64,000 nucleotides of DNA from Cyanidioschyzon merolae (taxonomy: Eukaryota). Shown piece by piece: positions 43,677 through 54,845 of the stretch. The DNA lies in assembly GCA_000091205.1 (NCBI GenBank), contig AP006489.2. The stretch is one strand, 5' to 3'. Numbering within the stretch: the first letter of the stretch is position 1; each line of letters begins with the position of its first letter. The notes beneath the pieces are model-generated. The model saw nothing but the letters and a program-made list of their open reading frames with translations, was not told the origin of the DNA and ran no database searches. Made by a program: the position numbers and the translations under genes.

Positions 43677-45065
43677 GTGTCACCGGCGACCGGCCCCATC
43701 GGAGCAGAGCTCAGATCGTACCTTCCCAACGAAACGGTGCGACTTCTCCGCATGAGCGTCTACAACCAGTTTGTGCCGTCAGTTGGAATCGAGAACCGTA
43801 CAAGTCTGCGTTATTTAACTGCGCACCATGTGCGGAACCTAGCGACGCAACCAGCTGTTCGACTTCGGCCCCGATTCCTCTCGGTGCGTAGAGTGGGTTG
43901 GGCGCGACCTCTACTGCGCCTCCGCAGCGAGGTTCCCGCCACCGTCCATGGCGCAGATATATACCATTCACCACTGTTTCGGAAGCACTGGCCATATGGT
44001 GAAGACTTGGACGATGAACCCCAGCACCCGGAGTGTCCTCACCGGGTAATCGTCATTGAACGTGCTTTACACGAGTCACAGTTACCGTTGCACTGGCACG
44101 AGGTTCCGCGTTTCCGGGAGCCGTTTGCCGCGAACTGCGCGAAACTGCTGAAAATAGTCGAGGCTAGCGGGCTCGAGGCTCTGGAAAAGGAGACGGAGGA
44201 TCCAGCTCTCGCGCGGGCTGTCCGAGCGGCCGCTGCGGTTCATTTTCTGGACCATATAGCGGAGATCCACCGCCTCGTCCATGTGCGCGGAGCTACTCGC
44301 ATCGACATGGATACATATTTGAGCGACGATACACTTGAAGTTGCCCTCATGGCTACTCGGGCTGCTTTGGAAGCCACCGACGCGGCACTGAAGGACCCGA
44401 GTCGCCTGGCTTTTGTGGTTTCGCGTCCGCCAGGACACCATGCTACCCGAGCAACCGCCATGGGCTTTTGTTTTCTGAGCAACGTCGCTATCGCCGCGCA
44501 TGAGGTTCTCAAACGCTCCGACAAGGGTGAATTCTCCAGACCAATAACCAGAATCGGTATTCTTGATTTCGATGTGCATCACGGGAACGGAACAGAGGAC
44601 TGCGTTCGACAGCAGGAACGGATCCGCTTCGTTTCACTGCACGAGCACCCGCAGTACCCCATGACTGGGGGGAATCCGAACGAACACGGTCCAAAACATA
44701 ACATCTGGAATTTTCCGCTACCTGCCGGGACCGATTGGCACAACGGCTATGCGGAAGCGTATGCCGAGGCGCTCAACCGGCTCTGCAGCGGTACGGATCG
44801 ATCGGATGTGGTTAGCGACCTCGACCTGGTGCTCGTCTCTGCTGGCTACGATGCACTGGCGAGTGATCCACTAGCTGGGTTGCATCTGAAACCATCAGAT
44901 TACAGTGAAATGGCTTTTCAGCTGATTCATCGACTCAAACCATCTACTCCCGTAGTCTTCTGCCTGGAAGGTGGATATGATCTCAACGCCATTGGTGAGG
45001 CCGTCTCCCAGACCATTCAAGGCGCGCTTCGAGCTCGTGCCGAACAGCCTCAGGCCGTCGTCTGA
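43677..45065 (+). CDS. Histone deacetylase-family protein (class II / HdaH/AcuC-like deacetylase domain)
   Basis: ...FVVSRPPGHHATRATAMGFCFLSNVAIAAHEV...IGILDFDVHHGNGTEDC...LEGGYD match the HDAC catalytic signatures (PPGHHA, D-x-H and the G-G-Y motif). Confidence 0.85.
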   Translation: MSPATGPIGAELRSYLPNETVRLLRMSVYNQFVPSVGIENRTSLRYLTAHHVRNLATQPAVRLRPRFLSVRRVGWARPLLRLRSEVPATVHGADIYHSPLFRKHWPYGEDLDDEPQHPECPHRVIVIERALHESQLPLHWHEVPRFREPFAANCAKLLKIVEASGLEALEKETEDPALARAVRAAAAVHFLDHIAEIHRLVHVRGATRIDMDTYLSDDTLEVALMATRAALEATDAALKDPSRLAFVVSRPPGHHATRATAMGFCFLSNVAIAAHEVLKRSDKGEFSRPITRIGILDFDVHHGNGTEDCVRQQERIRFVSLHEHPQYPMTGGNPNEHGPKHNIWNFPLPAGTDWHNGYAEAYAEALNRLCSGTDRSDVVSDLDLVLVSAGYDALASDPLAGLHLKPSDYSEMAFQLIHRLKPSTPVVFCLEGGYDLNAIGEAVSQTIQGALRARAEQPQAVV

Positions 45066-45922
45066 AGAGGTTCGCTCGAACAGCTCAGTAAAGGTAGCCT
45101 CGTTCAATCGTCTTGCTATGTTCGTGCTGCGCACGATGTCCTCGTTCACCTCAGAGCTGCGCACGGATGCGAATCTCAGCGCAACCGACCGATATTCAGC
45201 GAGAGAAGCACCAGTGCCGATGGTACGCTCCAGACTCGGAAGGTATCCACATGCTCCAGGAGAAAAATCTCCGACGTGAAAACAGAGCTGCGCAACGCCT
45301 CGAGTCACGTTTCGCATGCTAGGCTCGTCGCGAGGCCGCACCCGCACGTACTCAGCTTTCCCGGGTACTGTCTCCAGCGGGCAGCGACGAGCACGTACTG
45401 GTGCCGACGTCAGAACCGTGGAGCTTCACGACCCAATATGAGCAAATGCCGCAACCCCGCGCGCGCCAGCCACATGCCTCACGCACAACCGGATGCTTAG
45501 GTTCGCTTCGCAGACGCCGAGTCCGTCGTCAGCTCCAACGCTCTGCAGTTCAGGCCTGTGGTGCTGGTGCAGGCCGATCCGGGGTATGGCGGCGCAGTCG
45601 GGTTGCGGGAAGTAGTGCATCGCCCGTGCCAGTCGAATCCGGTACGCTGTATGGAGGCTCTGCCGCTGACGACAAGGCTCGTGCGCGACTACGCCGAATA
45701 TCTGACCACAGATGGTGAAAAGAGTCGTAGTCCCTTTCCATCGGTCGATTGCAAATGCCCCTAGCGGTTCACCTGGTTCAATGCACAAGTGATCTTGCAC
45801 CATAGAACATCCAGTGCCACTGCAGTCGTGTTAAGCAGCCACCATCACCATCATCATCGAGGTCTTGACTCGGAGCCTCAATCCTGTTCGTGTCTCCAGA
45901 ACAGGCACCCACACAGGTGCGA

Positions 45923-48718
45923 TCAGACGGACTCTCCGCGCCGATGCCGCGAAGCATTCGCCGTCGAGTCCTCGGTCAGATGTTGCGCTTGCAGTCGAGC
46001 CTCGAGCCTTGAGAGCTCGCGCTTCTCCAAGAGGTCCCTGATCACTGCAGCGAGCTCAAAATCCAACTGTGCAGCAGCTTCATGCATGTGCGTACGAAGC
46101 TGCTCATCGTCCAAGGCGCCAAGACCCGCCGGTAACCTGCCCCCGAGGCCCATTTTCGAACTGGTCTTCTCTCGTTTCAGATAGGGTTCATGCTTCGCAA
46201 GAATCGAACGCGGCTCCATTCCATATTTCGCGTTGTAGGCTGCTTGTATAGCTCGCCGTCTTTCGGTTTCTGAGATCGCTCGCTGCATCGAGTCCGTCAG
46301 CGTATCCGCGTAGAGCGTCACGGTGCCGGCTACGTGGCGCGCCGCACGCCCCATTGTCTGAATGAGTGCGGTCTCGCTTCGGAGGAATCCTTCCTTGTCC
46401 GCGTCGAGAATGGCCACCAGACTGACCTGAGGGAGGTCAAGGCCTTCCCGAAGAAGGTTCACGCCGACGATCACGTCACAGCTTTCTGTGCCAAGGGCTG
46501 AGAGCACCTCTACCCGCTCCAGAGCGTTCAGTTCGGAATGCAAGTAGCTGACCCTGAAGCGCTGTTCGCGGAGGTAACGGCAGAGTTCTTCAGCCATTCT
46601 CTTCGTTAGGGTGGTAATCAGGGCTTTCTCTCCTCGCTGTACTCTTTGGCGAAGCGAAGCGGCTAGGTGTTCGATCTGGCCCCGGGTAGGGTGCACCTGA
46701 ATCCGCGGATCAAGCACATGCGTCGGGCGAATCAACAACTCCGCCAGGGCACCGTCGGCGAGACACAGTTCGAATGGGCCCGGTGTAGCTGAAACAAACA
46801 CGCAGCGATGGACCTTGGTCCAGAACTCTGACTCACGAAGCGGTCGATTCTCCAGAGCGCTCGGTAGACGAAAACCGTAACGTACCAGGTTTTCCTTGCG
46901 TGCGCGATCTCCATGGTACATACCCCGTATCTGCGGAACCATAACATGGCTCTCATCGATGATGAGTAACCATTCGGGGGGAAAGTAGTCCAGTAGGCAC
47001 TCGGGTGGTACATCTGGTGCCCTGCCCGAGAGGTGCATGGCATAGTTCTCGATTCCCGAACAGTAGCCGTGTTCGCGCAACAGCTCAAGGTCCTGGGTCG
47101 TGCGTCGCTCCAGACGCTCGGCCGCGTGGTGCTGCCCTCGCTCGCGGAGCCGTTTGCAGCGGCTTTGTAGTTCAGCGGCGATAGCCTGGAGCGCCCGCTC
47201 GCGCTCCTCCTTGGGCGTCACGAAGTGCCGAGCGGGATACAAGGTCACATGGGAGCTGTATTCCACATCCGCTCCCGTTTCGCGATCCACATACCTGAGT
47301 TCGACAATTTGATGATCCTGTACATCGATGCGGAGTAATAGCTCCCGCTCATCCCACGACGGTAGCGAAACCTCCACCGCCGTATCCCTGATCCGAAACG
47401 TACCCGGATCGCGGGGATCGGCTCTGCGTTCGTAGAGCATGGCCTCCAGTTGTAAAACGATCTCGTCGAGACTGCAGACATCACCGAGTTTAAGGCTTGT
47501 CGCTGCTCGAAGGTACGTTGACGGCATGCCGAGGCCGTAGATGCACGATACTGACGAGACGATGATCACATCGGGGCGCTCGAACAGGGCGCGCGTGGCA
47601 GCATGGCGATAACGATCAATGTCCTTATTGATGCTTGCCGACTTTTCGATGTACGTGTCTGTGGCACTGTTGTAGGCCTCTGGCAGGTAAAAATCATAAT
47701 AGCTCACGAAAAACTCGACTGCATTCGATGGGAAGAATCCCCTCAGCTCACGATACAGTTGTGCTGCGAGCGTCTTGTTCGGTGCGAGTACCAGGGTTGG
47801 TCGTCCGTATTGCGCGATCACATTTGCGATAACGAAGGTTTTGCCAGTGCCCGTAGCGCCTTTAAGGACCTGGAATCGTTTCGAGGGCAAACGATCTACG
47901 AGGCACTGAATGGCTGCAGGTTGATCAGCGGCAGGTGTGTAGGGCGCGACCAGCTGGAAACGCTGATCAGGCAGTCGCGCAAAATGCTCTGCCAGTGTCT
48001 CCTGCTCTGCGCTTCTGCGAGGCGATATCGAAACGTCTGCGGGTATCGGTAGAATTTTGGTCAATGGAACAATTTGATCTGCGTCGTCGGAATAGCGGAA
48101 GATGTGCCAGCCGTGCTGTTCGAGGTGTTGTTGAGCGTCCGCGTCCAGTCGCCCGCGTCGAAGCAGCAGCGCCAGTTGTGTACAGAGTCGCCACATCACT
48201 GCATGCCGTGCAACAAGTCGCTCTGCGTCGGGTCTTTTCAGTGGCAGCTTGCGTTCTATGACAATGACCGCCATACTATCGTCCAAGTACAGTTTCATTG
48301 ATCGGGAGAAGCGAGCGTTTTTGGTGATCGCGTGCTCCGCACTCCCATTGCACACCTCTTGTACGAAGCGAACAAGTCGCTCAAATGGAGGCCGCTGCTC
48401 GGTCGCCACACGCGGATCCAAGGGACGCCCGTGTGCAGTTGCTGCAAGCACCGCTCGGCTCGCATCGTTCGTTGCGTTGCAGACGAGCGTCAGCGAAGGC
48501 CAGCGCCCGGCGCCGTTGGCGAGCAAGCGCATCACGACTGGGCCGTGGAACACCCCACCACCGATCCGCAAACGACACAAACATCCCGCGTTCCTCGCTA
48601 AACCTGACCTGCATAATCCTAAATTCCCTATGAGGAACATACACGCAAGCGCGTCAAAGCACAGACGAGAAGAGTTCAACACAGACACACACTCGACAGA
48701 GTTCACGCTGGTGCGCAA
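45923..48718 (-). CDS. uvrB: UvrB (bacterial-type excinuclease ABC subunit B) with 230-aa N-terminal extension
   Basis: The ORF is colinear with bacterial UvrB from about residue 230 to the end, with long identical blocks: VLKGATGTGKTFVIANVIAQYGRPTLVLAPNKTLAAQLYRELRGFFPSNAVEFFVSYYDFYLPEAY, TLTKRMAEELCRYL, LLREGLDLPQVSLVAILDADKEGFLRSETALIQTMGRAAR, and a C-terminal UVR domain (LDFELAAVIRDLLEKRE). Confidence 0.9.
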   Translation of the reverse strand: MRTSVNSVECVSVLNSSRLCFDALACMFLIGNLGLCRSGLARNAGCLCRLRIGGGVFHGPVVMRLLANGAGRWPSLTLVCNATNDASRAVLAATAHGRPLDPRVATEQRPPFERLVRFVQEVCNGSAEHAITKNARFSRSMKLYLDDSMAVIVIERKLPLKRPDAERLVARHAVMWRLCTQLALLLRRGRLDADAQQHLEQHGWHIFRYSDDADQIVPLTKILPIPADVSISPRRSAEQETLAEHFARLPDQRFQLVAPYTPAADQPAAIQCLVDRLPSKRFQVLKGATGTGKTFVIANVIAQYGRPTLVLAPNKTLAAQLYRELRGFFPSNAVEFFVSYYDFYLPEAYNSATDTYIEKSASINKDIDRYRHAATRALFERPDVIIVSSVSCIYGLGMPSTYLRAATSLKLGDVCSLDEIVLQLEAMLYERRADPRDPGTFRIRDTAVEVSLPSWDERELLLRIDVQDHQIVELRYVDRETGADVEYSSHVTLYPARHFVTPKEERERALQAIAAELQSRCKRLRERGQHHAAERLERRTTQDLELLREHGYCSGIENYAMHLSGRAPDVPPECLLDYFPPEWLLIIDESHVMVPQIRGMYHGDRARKENLVRYGFRLPSALENRPLRESEFWTKVHRCVFVSATPGPFELCLADGALAELLIRPTHVLDPRIQVHPTRGQIEHLAASLRQRVQRGEKALITTLTKRMAEELCRYLREQRFRVSYLHSELNALERVEVLSALGTESCDVIVGVNLLREGLDLPQVSLVAILDADKEGFLRSETALIQTMGRAARHVAGTVTLYADTLTDSMQRAISETERRRAIQAAYNAKYGMEPRSILAKHEPYLKREKTSSKMGLGGRLPAGLGALDDEQLRTHMHEAAAQLDFELAAVIRDLLEKRELSRLEARLQAQHLTEDSTANASRHRRGESV

Positions 48719-49704
48719 CTGTCATGTCCGCCTGCCAACGGATTACAGGAGCGCGCTCCTTTGACGGGCGATTTGCTTTGCGTTTTCTCTCGGCGATCAA
48801 AAGTTTACTTTGACCATGCATCCCAGATTGCGGGATGCGTATTGGCTTTCGGAAAAGCGTCCTTAGGGCTGCGCAACACTACCAAGTTCCATGACGTAGA
48901 CTTGCATTCGGATGTACTGGACGTTTAGTACGTTCTATCGTGTGCCGAGTGCCTGCATTACTGCACCAGCCGTATCGCATATGCCTCTGTTACGGATCCA
49001 GCACGGAGACGGAACGGCTTTGCCATAGAACAGAGGGCGTCGGCTCGAGGTATGATTCATTCAACATGGAATCGGGATTCATTAGCCTGCTGGGAGCGTG
49101 CAAGCTGCGCAGACACACATGCTGCCTGCGACAGCGCGAAGCGACATACGAGGCGGATACCACGCCGACCAGGGCGATGCCCAGACGCAGCCTGTCCGCT
49201 GGCAGTCCCAGATTACACTGCGTTCCGGATGAGCTGCTGACATTTCCCTACAGGACTCGCCACTCGCGAGGGCATCGTGCACTAGCCCGATAGACTCGTC
49301 CGGCTCGCGGAACTTTCTGCCTAGAAAGAAGAGTTTCGAGGATACGGAAAGCGTTTCCCCCTCCTAGCGTTCTTCGTAGTGGGGGCGGGAAATCTTTATC
49401 TCGTTGCTGGTGAATCTTGAGTCTCTGTTCTTTGCCCTGAATAGCGCGCTCGATACGTGCGCCTTTATATTTGGCAGGAATTGAACATGTCCTGCTTCTC
49501 ATCGTTGAAGAGAAGCGCAATCCTGATCATTATCGTGTTGCAGCAAGGTGCAATGTGGATTTGCATGAAAGTCGTCGCAAAGTATAGTTGTGTATCTCAA
49601 TTGGGTTTCAATCTTTACATTTGTGGATTCAAGTGCTTTTTCGCTGTGTATAACAAAAACGTTCAAAGTGCGTTCTCTTTTGCAAAAGGAAAGAAAGGAA
49701 AGTT

Positions 49705-51887
49705 ATGGAAGTAGAAGTGGAGGATCCTGCAGGCCTGGTGTCGGCGGCTGCCGCAGAGAACAAAAAACATTTCCGGCACCATAGGAACGGGAAAAGACGA
49801 AGAATCAACGGGAACGAGGGAGGGCGGACGTCAGACGCCGCACGAAAAACGACACTACGACGAGATGTTCGTGAAAGCTTTTCTTTCAAGCCGTATCGAG
49901 GATCCCTACAAGCAACCGTTGCAAGAGGTCATCAGAAACCCTGTCGAATCATATTCCAGGAGTGCTCAAATCTCCTGTTTAGGACTGATGCATATGACGA
50001 GGGAGATGTATCGCGGCGTGACGCGCATAGAAAGAGTCGAGGTTCCGGAGGAATTTTCTAACGAGACCTTCATCCGCCACTTGATGCTTGGCACGGGGGA
50101 AACCTCGAAGAGAAATGAGCGAGCGCATGACGTACAGGAAAATGACACCGAATTCCGCTTCAACGGTACTCGATACAAGTATGACGGGGACATTCACACC
50201 TACGGGGCGATCTAGTACCCCAGGATCCTGAGGAACCCCATGATCGTAAACTTCGACCGCATCATGATACGCTCCGTCTTTGCACTGTAACCGGGCCTCT
50301 CTCGCAAAGGGATATGGGCTATCGTCGATGGCATCACGAACGATAGTGACAATGAAGAGGAGACCGAATTCGCCGAAAAGAAGGCATCACCCGGGAGCAT
50401 GAATGAAGCTTCTGTGCTCCGTGCGGCTCTTCGAGAGCACCGTACGGGTTGGCGTTAGCCAATCCTGCAGCAAAGGTATCAGAGATGAAAAGAGATGCTA
50501 TCCCCTCATCCTGCGCTATTTCGTGTTCCTGAACCGAGAGCTCGAACGCAAGGCGGAGATGGAGCTGGATGTGGAAGCAAGTGAAAAGTCGGTGAAACGG
50601 AAGGCTGCGCTTCTGAAGAGGCGCTTCAACCTCGTTCTGGAATGCAAAAGCAAGTCGCGCTTTGTGGCTAGCGATTCCAGATTCCTTCGCTGCTCCAAGG
50701 AGATCTGTCCGAAATTCGATGTTCATAACAAGGAATTCACGGGAGAAAAACGGTGAGACTCATCGGAAGAATATCTTCGATTTCAAACGTCTCAAAACGA
50801 GCAAGAAAAAGGTATTCACGGTGACGATCGACAGCGATGGGGTATCCATATGTGTACATTATCGGCGGTTGAAGGCGGATCGTCCAATTGTGCCTTCGGC
50901 TTCGCCCGCGGCGAGGCACGAAGAAAACACGGAGGCGGGCCCTGGATCGTATAACCCCCAGAAGAACGACATCGTGGCAGGCGCAGACCCCGGGAACACG
51001 TATATCATAACCATCGCAGTGCCCAGGGGTGCGAAAGATGGTATTGCTGGCGGCTTGCGTCAGAAAGCCATGAGTCTTTTAAAGCACTCAAAAGCGAGAT
51101 ATTACCGAGAGTCTAGGATAATTCATGCGAGGAAAAAAGTGTGACGTAGAATGCAGCCGGGAAGGCGCACCTGGAGGCGATCAGCCAGGTGACGGGCCGC
51201 CGAGCGGACTCTGAAGCTTTTCAGGAATTCATGAAAACTCATGCTGCTCACTAGGAGGAGCTGTGGAGAGATTACGCAAAGCTCCGGTTGGCTCGTCAGC
51301 GTATGAATCTCTACTGTGGGAAGCAACATGCGTTCGCCAACTTTTTCAATGAGTTGAGCGCCCTGGAGGAGGACGAGAGTCAAACGCTCGTAGTAGCATA
51401 CGAAGCAGGGCGCTCGATGAATCAAAAACGGAGCATACCCGCTCCGTAAACCACAGCGTACAAGGAGTGTGCACAGTGTTTTGTCATAATACCGATAGAT
51501 GAGTTCCGAACGTCATATACGGACCATGAACGGGGGTATACACTTCACCGGGTCGAGATGGAAAAGTGCCAGAGGAGCCCTGTGAAGATATAGAAAAGTA
51601 AGGAGAGCTGACAGAAGAGCAAAATGGAATGGAGGGCGAAAGTTCCAGGGCTACTTGCACTGGTGAGTACAAGCGGTGGCAAGAAACGTATGGAGTTTAT
51701 GAATCTTGACTTTAACGCCGCTATCAATATCAGACGAAGTGCGATTCTGAAGACGGGACCTGCAGAGCTGACGAGAGCCAACTTTGTGGGGCAGCCAGTC
51801 AAAGTCGAGTTTTACAAGGAACAGCCGAAGCCGATATCACTCGAGCAGTCGAAAAAGGCTCGGAGGCGTCTACGCGTCGGTGTATAG
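49705..51887 (+). pseudogene. Fuller-length TnpB/Fanzor-like RuvC nuclease gene, frameshifted (at least 4 frame changes)
   Basis: On one strand, in canonical order: a basic NLS-like N-terminus (KKHFRHHRNGKRRRINGNEGGR, ORF 49705..); Ruv[21 protein letters not shown] (Asp codon at 50986; compare Cas12/TnpB GIDRGERNLIYITVI); a RuvC-II-like block ...EEDESQTLVVAYEAGRS (about 51370); a zinc-ribbon remnant KECAQCFVIIPIDEFRTSYT (about 51480..51516); and RuvC-III MEFMNLDFNAAINIRRS (Asp codon at 51708). The GC content is visibly lower than in flanking host genes. Confidence 0.55.
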
Positions 51888-53024
51888 ACATATACGCTCT
51901 GGGTCTCACGGAAGCAAATGCAACGATGCGCTGTCCATTGGCGATACGCTGCACGCGTTTCAGGCAACGAAGGTCGCTGCTGTGAGTCACGGCAGCATCG
52001 ATGCCCACGAGAAAGGCAGTTCGATGCAACAACCTCACACCACACAGGATCGTTCTCTGCGGACAAGGCGAATCGTTCACACTGCTGCTCGGTGCCGGAT
52101 TGGCTTCAGATGCCGGCGATGATCTCTCCTCGTTCATCAGCGTCGACAGCAATCCGAGTCGCCCCGAGTCCGGGCACTGAATCGATGCAACTGTGGCGCA
52201 ACCATGTCAGATACTGTGTCGCGTTAGCCGTGAAGCCCGAACATGCAGTCATGTATGTGATGGTCTGCATCCAGTGACTGCAGCACTGCATCGGGGCGCT
52301 TTCGGGGCGTGCACAGGTGCCTCTGGGTCGATGATCCTGGCGAGCGGCGAGACGTCCGCGAGCATCCTCGCAGCGAAACAATGGTGATAGATGCGTCATC
52401 CTCGCATGGCTGCGTCCTCGCGAATAGCGTCGAGCGCGCTTGCCATGAGGCTTACCAGCATCGACCGAACAGACCAAAATCCCCAGAGGAAGGTACGGTC
52501 AAGGGCCCACGGGAAGCATTGGTGGTAGAATGCGGGCTGATGATTGATTCCCTCGATGCCGATACGCATCGCACGCGGAGGAACTCCATATCAAATGAAA
52601 CGATCCAAGTTTTCGTCACGTGAGCGAAAAGTGCAACAGGCTCGCATCGTCGGGCATACACGCTCAAGTTTGCGTCGCTTCCTGGTGTCATGAACAACAG
52701 CGTTCGTATGCGTTTTCTGAGATTGCTTCTTTTTCCTCTCTCATATTTCCGGCTTCAAACTACGTCGGTCTCTATTGTCCATCCAGGCTCTGTTGCCAGC
52801 AGTCGAATGACGTTCTTAGCCGCGGAAACGTTCCGATTTCGCTGCTTGCCGCTGTTGTCGACGCATTTCAAGTAACGGCGGTCGTTGCGATCCATGGTTC
52901 GATGGCCAGTTTCATCTTCTCTCTACACAGCCTCGGAGCGCCTTTTGTGGCGGCCAAACTTGGCAGTGATCAGGCGTTCTCGAATGTCCGCTAAACCTCC
53001 TGCTCCTCGTACGGGCGCCGCTCT

Positions 53025-53700
53025 GTGGCACGAGAATGCATGCTTCGCCTCTCAGCACATGCACTTGACGAACGCAGGAGGCTACCCTCGATGTCTGTCT
53101 CCGGTTTCCGCGCCCGACGGTATACACCGGGATCACAGGCTTCCTGTTGGCGAACTCCGCAAAGCGCTCTCTGTCCGTTGAACGCGCCTGCGAACACTGT
53201 TCCAATCGATGAAGGATGTGTGGAATGCGAAATTCTCCTAGATGAAACAACTACAGGAAAGAAAATCTTGGCTGTAGAACAAGTCGATAGATTTCGATCC
53301 GCTGACGTTTTTTAGGTAAAAAACGGTAACGCATGCTCCACTGGAAAGCATCGCTGCGGTGGTTCAAGTTCGAGTCCAGGACATTTTTCCGTGCAAACAC
53401 GAGAAACGGGAGCCTCCTTGAGCACACCCTTTGACAAGTACCATGATGCTGTCGATCGCCGCGTTCTCGATGGCTACTAAGAACCGAGGATTTGTGTTTC
53501 AAACGGAATCGCTTGTTTCAGGTGAGAATCTCAGTGAATTTTCGGTACGAGGGTACGACCTAGCCGTCAATGGATAACGTGGCGCTTTTTTCATCGTCAA
53601 TCTAGAGGCACAGAGCGCTGCGCCCTCGAGTTGCCTTTGTACAGAAAGTTCGAGAACTTGAAGCATGTGTGATTTGAGCATGCTACTCGAAATGACCGAA
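53025..53700 (+). mobile_element. TnpB/Fanzor-like relic copy C (RuvC-II-like core plus conserved tail and hairpin box)
   Basis: ORF 53025..53315 reads ...LCPLNAPANTVPIDEGCVECEILLDETTTGKKILAVEQVDRFRSADVF. The tail gtgtttcaaacggaatcgcttgtttcaggtgagaatctcagtga (53497..53540) and the box gaagcatgtgtgatttgagcatgctactcg (53660..53692) are shared with copies A, B, D and 1. Confidence 0.5.
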
Positions 53701-54845
53701 AAAAATCGAGGCTTGACAGTTTAAACTGGATCGTAATACTGGTCAATTTACGAACCTGTGTGCGACAGCGCCGCGAATCCTATTCATGCTGATGTCATAA
53801 CGAATTCCAGCAGAAGAAGCGTTGAACGGGTCACGCAGAGAACAAGATCATAAATCCTAAAACAACATATGGATCTGCACGCCCCTATTGCTGCACCACG
53901 AACATGGAGGCTGTCTATGTAAAAAATTTGGAAGAAAATCAAACAGCAGGAGCAGAGCGAACACTTCCGAGTTCCCTTTTCATCTGACAAATGGGTAAAC
54001 GAGGAAACAAATGCGGTTCCGCGACGGGCGCACCAATCGATCCTGACCCTGCGACGTACACCGCCGCGAGATACGTTTTGTTTTCCGGTGCACGATCGAT
54101 GATCCTGACTCTAAGAATCCCTCTGAAACCGCAGTTGCTGTCGGCAGTTCGGGAAACGACCGCTGTATCCCTCCAGGCCCTTGTCCATTTCACTGACGCT
54201 GGGACGGTCTATCCGTCAGAGATACGCTCTAGAGGGATCGAGTGAGCCGCCAGATGCCGAGCTTGCATAGGCGCTCGCAACAACGCAGCATTCGCCAACT
54301 CTCTGCATGCTCATCTGGGGATAGGATCGCTCTGCGGTGCCTGCATACCGGCATCGGGTCAAGCAGCATAATACGGTGCTTGCACTTGTCCATGACAATC
54401 ATTCAGCGTGCTCATCGATTCTACGCGATCGATGTTTTGGAAAGAGCGCTCGTTTTCATTCTGGTTTCTGATGCGCACAACCGGAGCCTTTGATCGACCT
54501 GGAAACAGTAGATCCTCGACAGCGTGGATCTGCGACAAAACGTCTCCTGGGCAATACTCGCGTTTTACCGTTGCTTGTGTCGCGTTATACCTGAATGCTG
54601 CCGTGCGCCAGCGTTCATGCGTCGGGACATTGCGGCGCTGGAGACCGCATTCTGTACAGCATCAGTTCGATGAATCGAACGACATGTTCCCAGATGCACG
54701 AGTGCTGGCGCGTACCCGGCACCAGGGCGCCATCTCAACGCAGGCGAATGCTCCGGATCCCGAACGAGAGCGAAGACATATCAGAGTCCGTCCAGTTTTG
54801 CGTTGCATCACGCAGCACGTCGGCAGCATATCCTCGAGTACATCC

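Noticed and set aside
45923-48718. Possibility that the whole contig is bacterial because of the UvrB gene.
   Set aside because: The surrounding genes are eukaryote-specific (RAD18, RAD6 with a spliceosomal intron, CLEC16A, KIN17, DRG, P2, Myb), and microsatellites and minisatellites are abundant.
53361-53390. A tRNA-like T-loop string (ggttcaagttcgagtcc), and a second one (gggcttcgaacc) near 63800.
   Set aside because: I could not build acceptor, D or anticodon stems around either. No tRNA is called.
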